Shown here: piece after piece, positions 60,759 through 64,000 of the stretch
Layout of the letters: each line of letters begins with the position of its first letter
How positions within the stretch are numbered: the stretch's first letter is position 1
Origin: an uncultured Clostridia bacterium
Lineage (GTDB): Bacteria > Bacillota > Clostridia > Oscillospirales > Acutalibacteraceae
NCBI GenBank assembly: GCA_947364045.1
Contig: CANARN010000003.1
Coordinates: forward strand, 2,883 to 66,882
DNA: 64,000 nt
Reading direction: 5' to 3'
The notes under the pieces: generated by a model
Told to the model about the DNA's origin: nothing
Databases searched by the model: none
Seen by the model: only the letters and a program-made list of their open reading frames with translations
Translations under genes and position numbers: made by a program

Positions 60759-61520
60759 TTATGCCAAATAAAGACCGACTCTGTCGAGAAGTCTGTTCAT
60801 ATTGTCTATCATTGAAGCCATACCGTGAATTTCAACCGTTCCTCTGCAAAGCTCCTCAAGGGCATTTACTTTTCCGCCGAAAAGCGCCGCCGCCAAATCA
60901 TAATCGGCAAAGGACATAATTGCTCTCGGTTTTTCAGGAGCTTTTTTAATTGTAACAAGTCGATGGTCTTTTACCCGTATGGTTGCTGTGTCGCAGTTCT
61001 TTATGCCTATGGAAATGTCGCCGTCTACCATATAAGAAGCACTGGCTTTTCCGATTGCGTCCTGATTTGCTATCTGCGAAATGGCAACTGCAATTGTGTA
61101 AAAAGTCAAACGGGTTGAAAGAACAAAGAAATCTCTGTCCCTGAGCGCTTCTTCGCTCGGGCGCATAAGCTCAGTCAGCCTGTCTGTAAGAGCTGTAAAG
61201 GTTTTAAGAAGAAAACCTATTTTTGCAATTCCCTTTGTGGGAACGGGCGTTGCCTTTCCGTCAATAATATTGTTGAATTTTTCGCAGGAAGAAACGGGAA
61301 TTTTAATGTCAGGGTTGTTTACTCCGTCTTCCATACGGCAGCCTTTTGAACTGAAGAAAAGCGTTGCGGCAGGTCCGTCCTTTACCTCAAACGCCAAAGA
61401 AACGGGCTTTGTGAGAGAAGAAAGAATCTCTTTAGCCTTGAAGTCAAGCTCACAAAGGTTTTCCAATGTTCCGAGTACTGCATACATATTTATATATGCC
61501 ATGGTCTTTGCATCAGTCAT
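60759..61520 (-). CDS. Uncharacterised protein with a C-terminal SCP2-like segment, paralogue B
   Basis: 253 aa from ATG 61520 (GGAGG 8 nt upstream). C-terminus ADYDLAAALFGGKVNALEELCRGTVEIHGMASMIDNMNRLL is SCP2-like. Confidence 0.55.
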   Translation of the reverse strand: MTDAKTMAYINMYAVLGTLENLCELDFKAKEILSSLTKPVSLAFEVKDGPAATLFFSSKGCRMEDGVNNPDIKIPVSSCEKFNNIIDGKATPVPTKGIAKIGFLLKTFTALTDRLTELMRPSEEALRDRDFFVLSTRLTFYTIAVAISQIANQDAIGKASASYMVDGDISIGIKNCDTATIRVKDHRLVTIKKAPEKPRAIMSFADYDLAAALFGGKVNALEELCRGTVEIHGMASMIDNMNRLLDRVGLYLA

Positions 61521-61746
61521 AAGTAGTACCTCCGTTTTAAATTTAAAATATATACATCTAAATAATACCAAAAATCCGCTTGCTTTGCAAGAAAAATTAT
61601 ACATATTTACATAAATAAATTTATAAATTGTTAATGATTTTTGTAAAAATATATGTTATACTTAATACTGTATAATTGGAAAATTGCGTAAAATTTTAAA
61701 AAAAATACCCGCTGCCTTTAAAAATGCGGCATGAAAGGAATTATAA

Positions 61747-64000
61747 ATGTCACTTTTAAAAAAGATTTTCGGAGATTACTCCAGCCGTGAAATTAAAAAA
61801 GTTATACCTATTCAAAAAAAGGTTCTCGCCCTTGAGGAAGACTACAAAAAGCTTTCCGACGAAGAGCTTCAGGCAAAAACGCCTGAGTTTAAGGAAAGAC
61901 TGCAAAACGGCGAAACCCTTGACGATATTTTGCCCGAGGCTTTTGCGGCGCTCAGAGAAGCGTCAGCGCGTGTACTTAATATGAGGCACTTCCCCGTGCA
62001 GATTATCGGCGGTATTGTTCTTCATCAGGGAAGAATTGCAGAGATGAGAACAGGTGAAGGTAAAACGCTTGTTGCAACTCTCCCCGCATACCTCAACGCG
62101 CTTTCGGGAAAGGGCGTTCACATTGTTACTGTCAATGACTATCTTGCTCGCCGCGACTCGGAGTGGATGGGCAAGCTTTACAAATTTATGGGTCTTTCCG
62201 TAGGTCTTATTGTTCACGATTTGGACGGTGACGCTCGCCGCGCGGCTTATGCCTGCGACATAACCTACGGTACAAACAACGAAATGGGCTTTGACTATCT
62301 TCGTGATAATATGGTCATTTACGCCGAGCAGCGTGTTCAGAGGGGACACAACTTTGCCATTGTCGATGAGGTTGACTCAATCCTTATTGATGAGGCGAGA
62401 ACTCCCCTTATAATTTCGGGTATGGGCGACAAGTCCACAGACCTTTACAAAATCACCAATGACTTTGCCAAAAAGCTTAAAATGTTTAAGGTTAAAGAGA
62501 TTGAGGCAAAAACCAATTATGAGGATATTGTAGGCGAGGATGACGATTACATTGTCGACGAGAAAGCAAAAACCGCGTCCCTTACCAAAAACGGTATTAA
62601 AAAGGCGGAAGCCTTCTTCGGCATTGAAAACCTTGCCGATATGGAAAACCTTACAATTCAGCACCACATTGACCTTGCCATTAAAGCAATCGGCGTTATG
62701 AAGCGTGACGTTGACTACGTTGTAAATGACGGTCAGGTACTTATTGTCGACGAATTTACAGGCCGAATTATGCACGGCAGACGTTATTCAGACGGTCTGC
62801 ACCAAGCAATTGAAGCTAAAGAGAATGTTAAGGTTGAACGCGAATCCAAAACGCTCGCAACAATTACTTTCCAGAACTATTTCAGACTTTACAAAAAGCT
62901 TTCCGGTATGACGGGTACAGCAATGACCGAAGAGGGTGAGTTTCAGGAAATTTACACTCTTGATGTTATTGAAATTCCGACAAACAAGCCTATGATAAGA
63001 GTCGACGAGCCTGATGTTCTTTTCAAGACAGAAAGCGCGAAATTCAACGCAATTATTGAACAGATTCTTGAATGTAACGCAAAGGGTCAGCCTGTGCTTG
63101 TAGGTACAATAAGCATTGAAAAGAGCGAGGCGCTCTCCGCCGCTCTTAAGCGCAGAGGCATTAAGCATACCGTTCTTAATGCAAAGCACCACGAAAAAGA
63201 GGCTGAGATTGTCGCTCAGGCAGGCGCATTCGGCGCAGTTACAATTGCCACCAATATGGCAGGACGAGGCACGGATATTATTCTCGGCGGCAACCCCGAC
63301 TTTATGGCAAAGGCGGAAATGCGCCGCATGCAGTTTCCTGAAGAGCTTATTGAAGAAGCGACAGGCTTTGCAGAGACTGACAATGAGGATATTATAAATG
63401 CAAGAAACACTTACCGTGAGCTTGAAAACAAATACAAGGAGCAGCTTCGCGACGAGGCAGAAAAGGTAAGAAATGCAGGCGGTCTTTTCATTATCGGTAC
63501 AGAACGTCATGAGTCAAGACGAATTGACAACCAGCTCAGAGGACGTTCGGGACGTCAGGGCGACCCCGGAAGAAGCAAGTTCTACCTTTCGGCAGAGGAT
63601 GAGCTTTTAAGACTCTTTGCCGGTGACAGATTCTATAAAATACTTGACACCTTCGGCGCGGCAGGCGAGCTTCCCCTTGAAACAAAAATGTTCACAAATA
63701 CCATTGAAGGCGCGCAAAAACGCGTTGAGGGCAACAACTTTGCGGCAAGACGTAATGTTCTTCGCTTTGACGACGTTATGAGCAAGCAGAGAGAGGTTAT
63801 TTACGGCGAGCGTAACAAGGTGCTTGACGGCGCAGACATTCACGGCACAATTCTTTCAATGATTGAGAAATATATCACCGAAACAGTTGATTTCTTCTGT
63901 CCTGCGGCAAATAACTCTGAGGATTGGAATAAAGCCGGTCTTATTTCAAAGCTTAAATTTCTTTGCGGAGATGAAGCTCCTGAATTTAACACGGCAGAAG
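61747..64000 (+). CDS. secA: Preprotein translocase ATPase SecA (3' end outside the window)
   Basis: Open from ATG 61747 to the window end, so it is absent from the ORF track. [18 protein letters not shown]..., [51 protein letters not shown]. Confidence 0.95.
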   Translation, partial: MSLLKKIFGDYSSREIKKVIPIQKKVLALEEDYKKLSDEELQAKTPEFKERLQNGETLDDILPEAFAALREASARVLNMRHFPVQIIGGIVLHQGRIAEMRTGEGKTLVATLPAYLNALSGKGVHIVTVNDYLARRDSEWMGKLYKFMGLSVGLIVHDLDGDARRAAYACDITYGTNNEMGFDYLRDNMVIYAEQRVQRGHNFAIVDEVDSILIDEARTPLIISGMGDKSTDLYKITNDFAKKLKMFKVKEIEAKTNYEDIVGEDDDYIVDEKAKTASLTKNGIKKAEAFFGIENLADMENLTIQHHIDLAIKAIGVMKRDVDYVVNDGQVLIVDEFTGRIMHGRRYSDGLHQAIEAKENVKVERESKTLATITFQNYFRLYKKLSGMTGTAMTEEGEFQEIYTLDVIEIPTNKPMIRVDEPDVLFKTESAKFNAIIEQILECNAKGQPVLVGTISIEKSEALSAALKRRGIKHTVLNAKHHEKEAEIVAQAGAFGAVTIATNMAGRGTDIILGGNPDFMAKAEMRRMQFPEELIEEATGFAETDNEDIINARNTYRELENKYKEQLRDEAEKVRNAGGLFIIGTERHESRRIDNQLRGRSGRQGDPGRSKFYLSAEDELLRLFAGDRFYKILDTFGAAGELPLETKMFTNTIEGAQKRVEGNNFAARRNVLRFDDVMSKQREVIYGERNKVLDGADIHGTILSMIEKYITETVDFFCPAANNSEDWNKAGLISKLKFLCGDEAPEFNTAE

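Noticed and set aside
61963-63843. Four minus-strand ORFs (78-240 aa) in the last 2 kb
   Set aside because: All are antisense to the unambiguous secA reading frame. secA is missing from the track only because it has no stop codon inside the window.

Overview
This window looks like a chromosomal segment of a low-GC Gram-positive anaerobe. Gene content points to a Clostridia or Ruminococcaceae-like gut organism, but I cannot verify the taxon here.

About two thirds of the window is core genome:
- a GGGtGRT-family gene;
- a MarR regulator with a two-gene ABC exporter;
- cupin, TPR and DUF4037-like genes;
- smpB and tmRNA (ssrA);
- the SRP-RNA-dnaX-ybaB-recR block;
- a GH20 hexosaminidase, glpK and a malic enzyme;
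- a dense nitrogen block: an ANTAR regulator and glnA divergent from gdhA, then a T-box leader and five back-to-back glutamine amidotransferase genes (asnB-purF-pyrG-carA-carB);
- a sulfatase with its radical-SAM maturase;
- a split-transketolase / aminotransferase operon;
- the 5' part of secA.

From about 35.8 to 53.3 kb, next to tRNA-Thr(CGT), lies a visibly AT-richer accessory region of cell-surface genes. It contains:
- a sortase-type surface protein with a divergent XRE regulator;
- a membrane-anchored C39-like peptidase;
- a self-contained cohesin/dockerin locus, in which a ~1725-aa CHAP-SH3b-...-dockerin protein is flanked by a secreted triple-cohesin protein and a membrane-anchored single-cohesin protein, followed by a 42-aa double-glycine-type peptide gene;
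- a zinc-ribbon/LRR surface protein;
- an overlapping HTH + minimal Ser/Thr kinase pair.

The non-coding observations worth a second look are:
- two tandem ~178-bp units behind ssrA that each end in the tmRNA 3' terminus;
- a dispersed GTAGGGG-hairpin repeat family;
- an ~90-110 bp dispersed element that has split a tRNA-Thr pseudogene;
- a terminator-like attenuator in the gdhA leader;
- a T-box with no visible terminator;
- twin palindromic operators that overlap two divergent extended -10 boxes.

I saw no CRISPR array, rRNA, transposase, integrase or phage structural genes. All family assignments come from reading motifs in the translations. No database search was run.
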